64,000 nucleotides of DNA, from the NCBI RefSeq assembly GCF_026571515.1, contig NW_026859523.1, positions 372,001 through 436,000 of the forward strand, given 5' to 3'. Below are positions 40,592-53,518 of the stretch, piece by piece. A program made the position numbers and the translations under genes. Within the stretch, counting starts at the first letter, position 1. Each line of letters begins with the position of its first letter. This DNA comes from Ruditapes philippinarum (lineage: Eukaryota). The notes under the pieces were generated by a model. That model did not search any database. It had not been told where the DNA came from and saw only the letters and a list, made by a program, of their open reading frames with translations.

Positions 40592-43496
40592 CTAGTGTTA
40601 GAATAGAAGATCATGGTCACTACTTCTAAATCACAAACTAGAGATGATATTTTCACTAAACATGATTCATGATTGTATTTGGCACTCTTTAAAAGAGTTA
40701 TGTAAACAGACTGATTTTAGCGCGACTATTCATAATTGTACTCAGTCCGGCCTTGATCACTCATTCTCGTGTGTTATTTTACAAGACCATTTACGAGGCT
40801 TTTAAAATGTGCGTTCATTAATATCAATGTATTGTACTTAATATATATAGAGTGGATATTTGTCTTGCTTATATGCTGTATTAATTTAAACCATTCATCA
40901 ATTTCTCATAAAATTTCTTTGTCAAACAGAAATGTTCAACATTAACGAGCCTATCATTTACGGGACTTTGCCTCTTTCACCTTCTCCTGTGATTTATTCT
41001 GCTTGTTTTGGTAAATTATTTTAACTTGTAAATGGACCTGGTTTTATTGTTATTGTATTATTTCATGAAAACAAAGAAGTATCCGTGTTTTAAACATATT
41101 TATATGAAATATGTTTATCACTTGCAAACAGCTTCTAAAAATCATACTTTTGGTAGTGTAATTCGTATTTAGACGTTTTGATTTTTATAGAGTTCAATAT
41201 GGATATTTACTTTCATGAACGAATACATTTATCTTATCTTGCAATCACAAAAACGAAGTAAACATGAAAAGAGACAGGTCCCGTATCTGGCTGAACTGAC
41301 CCCAAATGTTGATATAATTAAATGATAGAAAGGTTATTCTAAGAGACCAAATGAAATCGCCATACTAAATGCACAAATTTAAGGACCATGGTCTCGAAAA
41401 TGAATAAAATTAATGTTATTTCTGGGTTCTAGTAAACCTATCATACGGAAAAATAAAGGACATCAGTACTAGTAATATTTTACATTTAAGATGTCGGAAA
41501 ACTATACAAAAAGTGTTTATTTTTCAGTTCTAATATTTATGAAATGTCGTGGTTTAACTGAGAATGAGTGTGGTGCCGGCAACGTCGTCACACTGATTAT
41601 TTCTTTTTCATGCAAGTTGGTATCTTTAAAACTACTGAAGGGAATGGGCTGAAAAATTACACACTTATTTAAGAGCATAATAGGAGGTCACTAACATGGA
41701 CCTTGACATAATTATTGCACTTTTTTACCTTAGAAAAGTCCATGTTGTCCAGGCACTTGTTTAACTATCATGCTTTGAAAAAAAACGAGCTCGACAAACC
41801 TTAAAATGATTCCAAACGTCTCTTAGTAAATGTTCCAATGTCATCAAATTACAATCGGTTTCTTTACCCATAGATTATAACGTTTAATGATGTAATAAAA
41901 AATAAATTATCATCGATTGGTTATCTCTACTCTTATTTCAATTACTTTTGCAATTGCTTGAAATAATTGCAGAAATTAATTTAATACGCACAGTTTCTCC
42001 TTCGAAGTAAAACATAAACCGGTCACTTCCTGAAACTTGCACGTGACCAAACCCCGCCAACCATAGAGTCAAGAGTACCTATTAATTAAAAAATAAGCCA
42101 TCTGAGCATTAAGTATGTATGATAAACTAGTTTTATTTAACCATTTAACTGCTAAATGTATGTAATTGATTTGTTCAGCTTTGAGTCTTACAAAAGTTCA
42201 AATTCAGCAAGTAAATGTTTAAAGATGACCAGCATGGTCAAATTGTACTGAGATGATAATGACAGTCTTAAACATGTATATATAAGACTTTATTATAGTT
42301 TTTAGAACTACAACATTTCTATAAAAAAGAATGGACTTTATGGCAGACTAAAGCATGAAATTCAATGGCCAACACTGTTTGCATGTTACCTTCTTAATAC
42401 AACACAATAGCTTCAACCTGATTTAACAATGATACCTTGACGAACGCTAATAGACACACACACGTACATATGAGCCAATTTATCACAGAATGACATATGA
42501 AAGTCAATAGCAATGAGAAAATACAAAGAGAAAAATTTTAAAAACAAAACACTTTTTGTTATAATCAACTTAAAGATGCGTGATCAAGTAAAAAAAATGC
42601 GCGTGATGTTATTCAGAAAACAAAGTTGAAAGGAAAGTATTGAAATAAAATCATACGTAATATGTCCCCATGGTTTGGTTATCTCACAATTTTACATGTT
42701 GTTTTAATTCATAGTTTGATTTTGTCTGCGGTCTAATTTCTCCCAGTCTTATCTGTGTCGCTTCTTACATTAAAGCTGTTGTCTCATAGCCAAGGTGAAA
42801 TACTTCAACATTGTACTTTTAATCACATGACATCACTTGTTTCCCTTTGAAATATAACCATATCGCATTTCTTTTTATATTACACCTTATAAAATGAAAC
42901 CAAACAAATTGACTACCAGCTTTGGCACCATGTGACCTCCCAATATGTTATGGGATCAAATAGTATCAATAAAGTCAAGTATATATATTGCCAGTCGAAA
43001 ATCACTATTATACTGTACCTTACCTAGTTATCATTTTCAAAGTCCAAAAAAAAAAAAATCATATCAGATTAAAATTGCACTCGAATTAACTATGTCAATT
43101 GTTATCTGTCAAAATGTCCAAAAAATAGATTTGCAATTAAGAGTTCATTATACGTAATTGAGTAGAATACTGATCATATTGGACTATTGCACTCGGCTAG
43201 CACCTCGTTGATATAGATTTGATATAGGGTTCAGTATTCTATACAACTATGTTATAATTTATTTAACTGTATAATAACCTCATTGTATTCAAAAAATGTT
43301 ATAAAGCTCACAAAAGGCCCGCTTGATAATATTTTCTTGAAGTCGTTTGATAACATTTTATGTAATATGGCAACTTATGCGAGATCCTATGTGTATGTCA
43401 CTCAGTGTTAAAATGGGACATAGGTAAGGTTTTGAACAGCGAACACTTCAATTGATAAATATGTTACACCCTGAGCTTATACATTTGTTCAAGTGA

Positions 43497-44226
43497 AAAG
43501 GGTGACCAGTTGGCAAGGACAGTAATAATCTTTGAAGTGAGATAGACTAGCTTTAAACATTTCACTTTTATCTGTACGATCCTATTTATAAACTTTGTAA
43601 ATATAACAGTATAATTTCTCTGAGTTATCATGTTACGTACTATAAGTCAATGTCTTTCAAATAGAATGGTCTGGAAACGGGACCATTTTACGAAATAGGA
43701 TGTCTCGGCAGAGTCATGTGATTAGGGTATAAATCTACCGACCGTGTATCACCGTTCAAAATGAAATTATAAAATATTTTTTTTGTTAAATCGATCAAAG
43801 AATTTACTGAAAACTAATTCTTGCAGGTTTTACTTAATAAGTGATGATTTAACAGATTTGCCTGAAATTATGACTTTTTTCGTATCCGGTGTCAAGAAAA
43901 AAATTTACTGCTCGTATTTGATAATAGGTCTGAGTTTGATAAGCCTTTTTTAAATTTATGCATTTGTACAAGAAAAAAAGGTGACCAAATTGCCAGGATA
44001 GACAAATAATCTTTGAAATAAGATAGACTAGCTTTAAACATTTCAGTTGGCAGTTTGACCTTTTATCTGTACGATCCTATTTACAAAACGCCATGTAGTT
44101 ATGTAATAGTATAATTTCTCTGAGTTATCATGTTTATATATAATTATACTTATTATAAGTCAGTGACTTTCAAATAGAATGGTCTGGAAACGGGACCATT
44201 TTACTCGGCTAGGTCATGTGATTAGG
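43497..44226 (+). repeat. Diverged ~230-250 bp direct duplication
   Basis: ~43497-43727 and ~43976-44226 share GATAGACTAGCTTTAAACATTTCA, TATCTGTACGATCCTATTTA and CAAATAGAATGGTCTGGAAACGGGACCATTTTAC. Confidence 0.85.
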
Positions 44227-44277
44227 TTCAAAATGCGGTAAAATTCAGTGGTACGTAAACACATTTTTAGATAATAG

Positions 44278-44698
44278 CCTCAGTAAAATACATGAATACG
44301 TTTATACCCTCAGTAAAATAATTAATACGTTTATATTATCAATGTAATACAATAGTACGTTTATACCCTCAGTAAAATACAATTGTTATATTATACCCCC
44401 AGTTAACACATTAATACGTTTATACCCTCAGTAAAATACATGAATATGTTAATACCCTCAGTAAAATACATGAATATGTTAATACCCTCAGTAAAATACA
44501 TGAATATGTTAATACCCTCAGTAAAATACATGAATACGTTTATGCCCTCGGTTTAATACACTGATACATTTATACCCTCAGTAAAATGCATTGGTACTTT
44601 TATACCACAGTAAACACATTAATACGTTTATACCGTCAGTAAAATACATCAATAACCTTATGCCCTCTATAAAATTTATGCCGTCAGTAAAATGCATT
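44278..44698 (+). repeat. ~30-bp minisatellite (TACCCTCAGTAAAATACATGAATACGTTTA), ~14 units
   Basis: Direct tandem units without unique spacers. Confidence 0.92.
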
Positions 44699-44704
44699 TA
44701 CATG

Positions 44705-44890
44705 TGACGGCATGACCGAGTGGTAAACGCGTCGGACATCAAAGTAATCAAAGCACCGCTAGCATCATAGGCTGAAACACCGACATGACTGGAGCAAGTC
44801 ATTGTTTCATTGAGCAAGAAGTTTTACACTTGTTGCTCAGCACTGGTCACTTCCAGGAACGGATCCGAAACTGTGTCTATAAGCTTATAT
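44705..44890 (+). mobile_element. Decayed tRNA-derived SINE (CORE-like); partial copy at ~47442-47515
   Basis: A box TGACCGAGTGGT; TTGAGCAAG..TTGCTCAGCACTGGT..CAGGAACGGAT body shared with ~47455-47505. Confidence 0.6.
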
Positions 44891-45658
44891 CTTCCTTCAA
44901 AATAAATCTAAAAGACATTGATACGATTATAGTCTCCGCAAAATACATTGATTCGTACAGTGATACGTTTTAAAATGACTTTTTTTACTTTTGGTGATTT
45001 TGTTCCGTGTTTTAAACCATAAGTTTTATCATTTTGTCATTTCTCCCTTATCTTCTAAACAATCAGGCGAACTTTTGCAAACAATTGCTAGTTAGAATCT
45101 ATCATAATTCATCAAAAGCCAGTGTTCACATGTGGGACAGTCTTTGATACTTATTTCCTAATATCATAATAATTGATATTAAAAACTGATATTCATGTAT
45201 GAAAATAAAAATGAAAAGAATGAAGGAAAATAATGAATTTCAAACTAGGATAACCACTATGGCATTCTGTCATTGCTTTGAAGTTAGATTTTGTCAGTAT
45301 GTCCACCATAGTTAATCGGAAAATTATAACGTTTAATCCACAAGTTTTTGTCAATTTCTCAACTGAGAAAATGTGTACCCTTTCCCGACTGAACCAGTGG
45401 CTAAATACAGTAAAGTTACAGTTATGTGCAAATCAACTGACACAGCGTATTCGTGTGCAATTCGTGTGCAATGAAACAGCCGGTGTAAAAGTGAGAAACA
45501 GACGTTGTGAAAAATACATTACCGGTGATGGAGTTATTCCCTTAATTAAGACAATTTATCATGTAACATTTTGCAATACCCATGCAGTTAAAGTAATTCT
45601 TAAATACGGGGCATGGGTAACAGTGTTACGCCATTACAGTGTTATAGCGGCGGGAAAC

Positions 45659-48524
45659 ATGACTTATTTCACATTATTCACGTGTTTATGGATATTGAAA
45701 GTGTCAATAATTTGTAAGATAACGCTACTTTTATTCACTAAATATTGCTTAACATATAAAAATGAATTTTACAGAAACTGAATATTGAAATGAAAAGCCT
45801 TTTCTTTGGAAAGCAAGGTAAAACTACACACGGGAATTAAAATTTAAATAAAGATTATGATTATTATCTTTATTTCCTCCATAACTGAGGAGCTTTAACA
45901 AAATATTGATTATAATATGCATATTAAAATTGTACTAAGAATCATATGTACAGTAAATATAAATACAAGATTTATATGTATAATATAAATGAGAAAAGAG
46001 AAGGCATATTGTACAAACATTCAAATATTTACTCATACTGAAAGATAACTAATGCAATTAATCCGTGATATCTATCAACAATTAGTTTAAACATAGTTTA
46101 TTTCGAACAAATTCACAATATATATACAGACAATAATGTACACAATACAAACATAATATGCTGAAAAAGGATTGGGTCCGAAAGCTGAGCTTATAAAGGC
46201 CTTCTCCTTATAGATTTACAATGCATAAAATACGGTATGACAGTATATGTGACTTGCTTGAAATATATCTGATTTTACATTTTTTTTTAAGAAGTTAAAG
46301 TCAAAATTGTTTCTAACATTTAGTTATAATGTAAAGCAAATATTAATACAAAAAAATGAATGAGAATACAAGACTGCATCATTTGTTATATAAAATTAAA
46401 GAGAAATAACGTAAATTAAGATAGAAAGAAATGAAGTAAGAAACTTTCAGCAAAATAGAAAAGAAGAAGAAATAAATTAAATGTGGATCATTCGGATAGT
46501 TCGGCGATTTAGATGGGAAGTATTTATTGATTTGAGCTGATGTGAATATGCTTAAGAGAATCTCCTGCTTTCTCGGATGTATGTATGAACGGCTTCAAAC
46601 AGTCTTCTGTTTGCATCATCACTAATGTTTGGGTCTCCATTTAATAACTTTTGGAGAGTTGCTGAACAAATAGTAGATATAGTGTTAAGAAAAGAGGCCC
46701 TGCTGTCAGCATAGCGATGACATCTATCAACAATTGTCAATTGATAAGAAAAAAAATGAATTAATGAAAATATATACATACATAATGATATACAGTTGTT
46801 AAGAGTCGCCTTAGGAAACTCATACGTGCATCTCTCTACACAAAACGTTTTATATTATTAATTATGTATGTAGTAGAAAATGCAACGCATACAGAAGTAA
46901 TAAATAAGCCATTGCTTTGAGAAACACAATGTGATATATAGAGCATTATACACAATAACTAAACGGTTTCTTTTTTGAATTTCATTGATCTGCAGTAAAC
47001 TTTGAAGATAAGAACTTTGAATTTTAAAATAAAAAATACAACCTATGTTGTATGCATATATATATTTTACAGTCTGCGATGATCCTGACCCATGTGAGCT
47101 GAGGGACGCCGGGCTATTATCCCATCCTAAAGAATGTCAGTTATATTACAATTGTTCGCTGCCAGTGAGAAGATTCAAACCATGGTTAGGGAAACATGTA
47201 ATGGAGTGTACATACCCAGACGTTTTTGACGAGAAAACTTTACAATGCGGAGATTTTCTAAATGTACAATGCAATTCAAGAGAAACATATGACCACGCGT
47301 GTAAGTATTTCATCTTCTTCAGACATTTGCATATTTTTATTATAAGATGTACCAGACAGACTCGTAAAAGTCGGCATATTTCGTCACTTTCCGTTAGTTC
47401 TAACTAAATTAGAATTGAAAGCGCTAAATAATTCAAAGTCAGTGAAAACTTAACACTCATTGCTCAGTACTGGTTAACTACAGGAACAGATTTGAGAGTG
47501 TGTCTATTATCTTATAGATTTCTATAACTTCTTTTACCAATTCATGTTTAAATGTTGAATTCTGCTTAAGTTTGTGCTAGGTGGCGTGGACGGTAGTTTG
47601 CACTTTACAGTACCGTCCATGGACAGGCTCAATCAAACCGAGCCTGCAAAATTTTCAATTTTGCCGTGTTGGGCTTTCTTTAGGGATTCTTATTTCACTC
47701 TATTTTAAGTAATTTCTGTATGAACTAACTAAATATAAAACAGTATTTATTACAATGACAATATGCAATACACAGCATCTATATTTAAATAAATAATGAT
47801 TTGGCAAATAATGTTTTAAAGTCACCGTCAGTATCGGAAAACTTTAAGTTGTTTTATCATAAACTGATATCATGATTAATTTCCGGCAGACAACAGTGCG
47901 CATTGCTACTCTTTTAAAAGTCATGTAAATGTTAAAAACGGAAAGTTACGCGGTTTGTCAACGTCGGATACCCACAACCGAACCACATGTTATGTTATAT
48001 GTTAATCAACCGTGGGTATCCGACGATGGCGGTTTGTCGACTATACAATCCCTGAATCGGTGAAATACTTTAAATTTCTAATGACCGTCAATAGCTGAAC
48101 ACCATGGCTTTAAAGTAGCAGCGTATGCATTTTCGAACCACCGAAATAGAGTTTAAACCTACGGATTAAAAAAGAAGAAGCACAATTTCAACTATAGATT
48201 AATTTCAGTTCCGACATGTTCAAAACAGTTCTTGAAAATTTGAAGAAAAAGTAAAGTAAGACATATTAAAGAATGTATCATATTGCATTAATATTTTATT
48301 ATTAACAAATAACATCATTTTATACAATCAAAATGGTGACTTATTTTGTTTCAGGCGAATATCGCAATAACATGTGCTGGCCAAAGTCAAACTGTAAGCG
48401 ATGCATTAGTGACTTCTCATGTAATCCAGAAACCGGAAGTGGTCATCAGTGTCACTTTGTGATATCTGATCCCTTAATGCTAAGAATATGCCCGTTACTT
48501 CGTAAAAATGCATGTTCATTATAA
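45659..48524 (+). CDS. Small, probably secreted chitin-binding type-2 (CBM14/peritrophin-A-like) Cys-rich protein, ~150 aa
   Basis: Phase-compatible exons 45659-45713 (MTYFTLFTCLWILKVSII, signal-like), 47073-47300 (C..G..SHPKECQLYYNC..MECTYPDVFDEKTLQC..VQC, 6-Cys CBM14 spacing), 48355-48524 (CEYRNNMC..NCKRC..FSC..*). The middle exon is well supported; the first and last are less certain. Confidence 0.72.
46084..46721 (-). mobile_element. 5'-truncated CR1-type LINE (ORF2 end plus 3' UTR) in intron 1 of the chitin-binding gene
   Basis: CHRYADSR..LLNGDPNISDDANRRLFEAVHTYIRESRRFS*; 3' end AAATAAACTATGTTTAAACT; 14-bp TSD ATCTATCAACAATT (46070-46083, 46722-46735). Confidence 0.85.
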
Positions 48525-49232
48525 TGATAATTATTAAACTTGACCACTTATAGTATTGCTTGTTGTTGTCTCATTATCCAGAAGAAAAAAACATGATGTA
48601 TATCATCTTACAGAGAAAGGATATATTATATACAAATACGAAAAGTTTATTTTGCATAAAGCTTAATACAATGCTTATAACAAATATAAATTGTAATATA
48701 TACAATGTTTGGATGTCAAAGCATGGATTTTACAGCAGACAAAAGATAATTTATGGAATATCATGTCCAATATTCAATATTTTGCGCTTGTATGTATATG
48801 TTTCAAATTAACAGGTGCCAACTTACAATATACTAAAAAGTCTACACTTCAGTTTTTCTATCTTATTCTGGTACGAGTATATAATGGTAGCGAGAACACT
48901 AAAGATTTACAGACTAGAAAAAATGTTCACTGTTGCAAGTCAGTTCTTTCTGAAAGATATACATGCACATACAAACCTCTTAGTCAGTAAGTTATTGACT
49001 ATCTTTTACATATTATAATATTATAAAAGCAGTCAAAGATTTAGCCCAGACTAGTTGTTGGTAATATCTAATGGCCTAAATAGGTTTTTACCCCCCCCCC
49101 AAAAAAAAACAAAAAAAAAAAAACTTTAAAAGTGGAAAGTAAAGCTAAGAAAATTTAATTGTGCCTACCATCCATATAACAAAGAACAAAACGAATGGAC
49201 AAGTTTAATATGATGACATTTACGAAAAGTGT

Positions 49233-49359
49233 TAGCCTGGGTTCCAGTCTGTAGATTTTTTATCGGCTTCTGTTCGGCAAATCGACAAACCCGATCGAAA
49301 ATGAAATAGCGCTTATGTTATGACTAAGCAAAAAATATCAACGCCTGAACGCCAGGCTA
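49233..49359. mobile_element. 127-bp MITE with TAG..CTA termini and 9-bp TSD (AcademH-like)
   Basis: TAGCCTGGGTTCCAG .. CTGAACGCCAGGCTA; flanks GAAAAGTGT and GAAAAGTAT. Confidence 0.7.
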
Positions 49360-50321
49360 GAAAAGTATGATAGTTAAAAGTTATAAGTTAGTATTTATTT
49401 CATTTTGAAATACAATGTCAATATTACTAAAAACATGGATGAATGAATGCGACTTCTAGTAATATATCGAAAACGTGTTTGTTCACTCATAGACCGAATT
49501 TCAAACTATTATACATGTATCATAAAACATTGATTTTAAGATTCTTTCTTATTTTCTGTAACTTATAGCAATGAATTGTGCAAGATTAAATGTGTATGCA
49601 TGTCTTCAATCATATACAACAAGCAAATTCAGCACAAGAATTACCCGAGACATTTGAATTCGGGTCCAATTTCCGGCCAATATCGTTAATCAGAAAAAGG
49701 TTAAGGAAGTTTAGACTTTAGCAGTCTAGAATTAAAATTCTTTTTTTGAATAATCTATAGAATATACCTTATTACCGTAAAAAATGAGAATCTTTGTTCT
49801 GTTCTGTTCTGTATGTTTCAATTTTAATCGGATTAAAGTAAACACAATGACCGGTATTAATCTGTTTTTATTTATCTTTTGTTATTGGATTGATGTTTGA
49901 TCGATGTGCGTGCTTATCAATTATCGATAATTATCGTTAAAGATGATCGGCAAACAACGGTTGAATAAGATATTGTTTTTAAAACGTAACATCAAAGGCG
50001 GCGTGTTTTCAGAAACACTATACAAACAAACATGTGTGAAAACCTTAAGGCATGCGCGATTTGAATCCGGTAATTTTAGAAACAACATACGCATTTGAGA
50101 AGTTACTCGCATACAGTGTGTTTGGATAGCAATTGCTCATCATGTAAGTAAATAATATTTGTTGTTATATATTATTGTTGATTGTATAGCCTAAATGAAT
50201 GTAAAAACTTACATTATTTAATTGCCGATATTCTTACAAATTGACTTGCGAGATCGTGTTGTGAGACATGGTTAACGGTAGTAGTCAAACAGAAGTTATC
50301 AGACTTAGATTCTAGTAAATG

Positions 50322-53300
50322 CAGAAGAACAGAACAGAATATTTAATTGGCATTAAATACAAACAATATTATAGCCATACAAATATAAACATGTATACAA
50401 ACTTTACCAGAAGAACAAAAGTTTAACAATTTAGATTTAACAAACATTTTTAAGTCTAGTTTCTTAATGGTATCATTGTCTTTCTCTGAAAGCCAAATAT
50501 AAAAATCGACCTAATTTGTAAATTGATCTTATAGAATCTGTTGACATTAAAGTAGTGAACTTTTGAATAGATGGCCATCTGCAAAAATACGGGGTGAAAG
50601 TTTTGATTCGTAACTGTCTGTATTTAGGACAAACAAGTAAAAAATGATAAGGATCTTCAATCATATTCATATTACATTGAGTACAGTATCGTTGTTGTCG
50701 GTCAGTATTGTTATATCGTCCAGTTTCAATGGCTAAATTATTTGTATATAATCTAAACTTTGTAATTGTAGTTTTATATTTAGTGTCCATGTTTAACTGC
50801 AGGTACTTCTCTGTTTCAAATTCGTGTTTGAATAAACAATAGTGCGATAACCTATTAGAATTGTTAATTGTAGTATACCACGATTGCTTAAAGATATCTT
50901 ATATTCGCTGCTTAATAATAACATAACTGATATCATTGGAATTCTGAGAAAGCCACAAATTTCCTAATCCTATTTTTTTCAAGCAAAATTTTAATATGAT
51001 GTGCCCAATTAAGACCGTTGTATGAGTTTCCATTGTTTGCGTCGTTTTTCAACATTTCGTATATATTTATAATTAATGGGTTGTTTGATTTCAAAACTTG
51101 TATCCAATATTTGATAATTATCAATTGCCGTGCTGTTTTCATGGGATATCGCCTACAAGCCGTATAGATTTGTCGATCGTTTTACACATAACAATTTTCG
51201 AAGGAATTTACAATGTATTTGTTCAATGTGGTTGCCATCATGATACCCCCAGACTGATGCATTATAATTTAATATAGAACCTACTAAACTGTCGAACAGA
51301 CGAAATTTTTCTTTCAAAGGTAATTCAATTTGATAAAAAACTATAAATAGGTTATGGAGCGCAAATGATGAATGTTTTGATATTCTAATTTGTGTTCTAT
51401 ACCACGATCCATTTTTGAAGAGATGCGTTCCTAAATACTTAAATGATGGGACTACTTCTAGCTGTGTATTATTAAGAAATATATTACACTGAGTATGTCG
51501 ACCACGTTCAAATACCATAACTTTGGTTTTGTTCGTATTGATTGTTAGTCCCCACGTACGACAGTACCGGTTAAGGTCATTTAGCATAGACTGCATTGTT
51601 TCGGGTGAGTGCGCAAATAATGCCGCGTCATCAGCGAACATCAAGAGGAAAAACTTAAGTTCATTTATTGTAAATATTCCTTCTAAATTAGTATCAATAT
51701 TTTGTAATATATCATTAACGAACAGTAGAAACATCAGGCTTGAGCTCGGGTCTCCCTGTTTCAATCCTATAAACGAGTTGAAAAATTCCAACATTTTACC
51801 ATTATATCTAACACATTGTTTAACGATATTATACATTGACTCTAGAGCTGTAACAAATTTTGAACTAACTTGATAACTTTTTCCGTAAGAAATTTCTATC
51901 TATACGATCAAAACATTTTTCGAAGTCTATAAAGACACTATAAAGTTTTTGCTTAGAATTTAAGGTTTTTGCAATAATAGAGTGAAATAAAAATATACAA
52001 TCAGTAGTGGATTTTCCTTTTTCGAACCCTTTATTGGTTGTTTAATATTAAAGTTTTTTCCTGTGTCCAACTTGTAAGTCTATTCATCAAAACTTGCGAG
52101 TATATTTTAGCCATCACATTAATGAGAGTTACTCCCCTATAATTTTTTGGGTCCTCAATATTACCTCCCTTGAATATTGGTGAAATGATACCCTCTCCCC
52201 ATGTTGTTGGATATTCTCCAGTACAAAATAAACGATTAAATAATTTAAGTGTGAATGGAGATGTTACTTCAAACGAATGTTTATATATTTCAGCAATAAT
52301 TTCATCAAGGCCTGCACTTTTGTTATTATTTTGAGAAAACGTAGCATTTTTTAGTTCATCATAAGTTATCTCTTTGTCTAGAAACTGGTCGGAATTATTT
52401 GCATTTACGTTTTCATTTAGCAAGTTATTTTGATTTGAGCCAAATAGTTCTTTAAAATGACTATAAAGGTCGTCTACAGATAAACTTTGTGCTTTACTAT
52501 TGGGTTTTTTATATTGTCGTTTAACATTCGACCAAAATTTCTTTGGATTATTTCTTGCCATCTCCGAAATTTTATGTTTTTGCAAACTTTGAAACTTTCT
52601 CTTTTCCGTCTTTTTGACCTTACAATAATTAATTTTGGCTGATAGAAAAGACATTTTGTTTTCATTCGTTTTACGTTTAAGATAGTTATTCCTCGCGTTA
52701 TTAAAAGATTTAAGTGCATTATAGCATACGTTATTAAACCAATCTTGCTTCTTTTGAAATGAATTGTTTTTTACTATTCTCTTTTTACTAAAAACATCTT
52801 TTGTAGAAGTATGAATTAATGTTATAAAATTTGATGAAACAATATTAACATTATTTTCTAAGTTCTCTACACTTGATTCTAATTGTCTAATGGCATTCTC
52901 ATCTTGATTCAATCTCAATTTAAAATCTTCAATTTTAGACGCGTCCCACTTTATATATGTGTTTTCTATCGACTCATTTTGTAAAATTTTGTCTATCTTT
53001 TTGTAAGATTTGAAATGAAATACTACAGTGATCGGAAAACTCTGTCATAACATTGACTTGAAAGTTATTAACAATATGAAAATTTTCACTCTTGAGTAAC
53101 AAATAATCGACTGTACTTGATCCATTGTGCGAATGGAATGTAAAGTCCCCGTGAATATCGTTATGTAAGCGACCGTTACAAATGCGAAGACTAGTTGTTT
53201 TACACATATCGAGCAGACGACGTCCATATGCATCTATCACGTGGTCAACATTTTCACGGTCTACTAAATGTATGTCTAAGTCTGTCCGATCAATTTGATT

Positions 53301-53518
53301 AAGTAAATAATTATCAGTTTCCAAAACATCAGATAATGTTGAGGTTCTTGCATTTAAATCGCCTAGCAAAAATATTTTACCAAGGGAGTTATATGTCTCA
53401 ATATCAGACTCTAATTGATCAAACATATCAATATCAAAAAAAACTTAGCAAAGGAGAACAACTAGGTAGAACATAAGTATTACATAACAAAATATCTTCA
53501 TCAAAATTAAAAAGATAC
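50322..53518 (-). mobile_element. 5'-truncated, disabled non-LTR retrotransposon (APE endonuclease + RT; probably RTE-X clade)
   Basis: ORF pieces 53426-52974 (GDLNAR, TVDY, SDHC endonuclease motifs), 52918-52031 (KSAGLD..PIFKGG..NYRGVTL), 51836-51153 (GLKQGD, FADD, YLG), 51142-50933, 50790-50473 (IETGRY..C..C..EDPYHFLLVC). Several frameshifts; 3' AATTAAA then (TTCTG)n tail. Confidence 0.95.

Noticed and set aside
42385-42500. Candidate signal-peptide first exon for the repeat-module gene
   Set aside because: A hydrophobic frame (NWLICTCVCLLAFVK) exists, but I could not link it to an in-frame ATG and a compatible exon chain.
44278-44698. CRISPR-like array (also 15200-15822, 58293-58722 and the 22207/25701 ends)
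   Set aside because: Tandem units without unique spacers, no cas genes, eukaryotic context.
45278-45781. 167-aa ORF as a single-exon gene
   Set aside because: Non-ATG start and no domain; only 45659-45713 is supported as an exon.
45775-45817. Extra 43-nt exon for the chitin-binding gene (AG..GT bounded)
   Set aside because: Joining it to the signal exon creates TAA at the junction, and its own ATG gives no signal peptide. It remains possible as an alternative start.
50473-53426. Active or domesticated reverse transcriptase system
   Set aside because: Multiple frameshifts and 5' truncation; an ordinary dead LINE copy.
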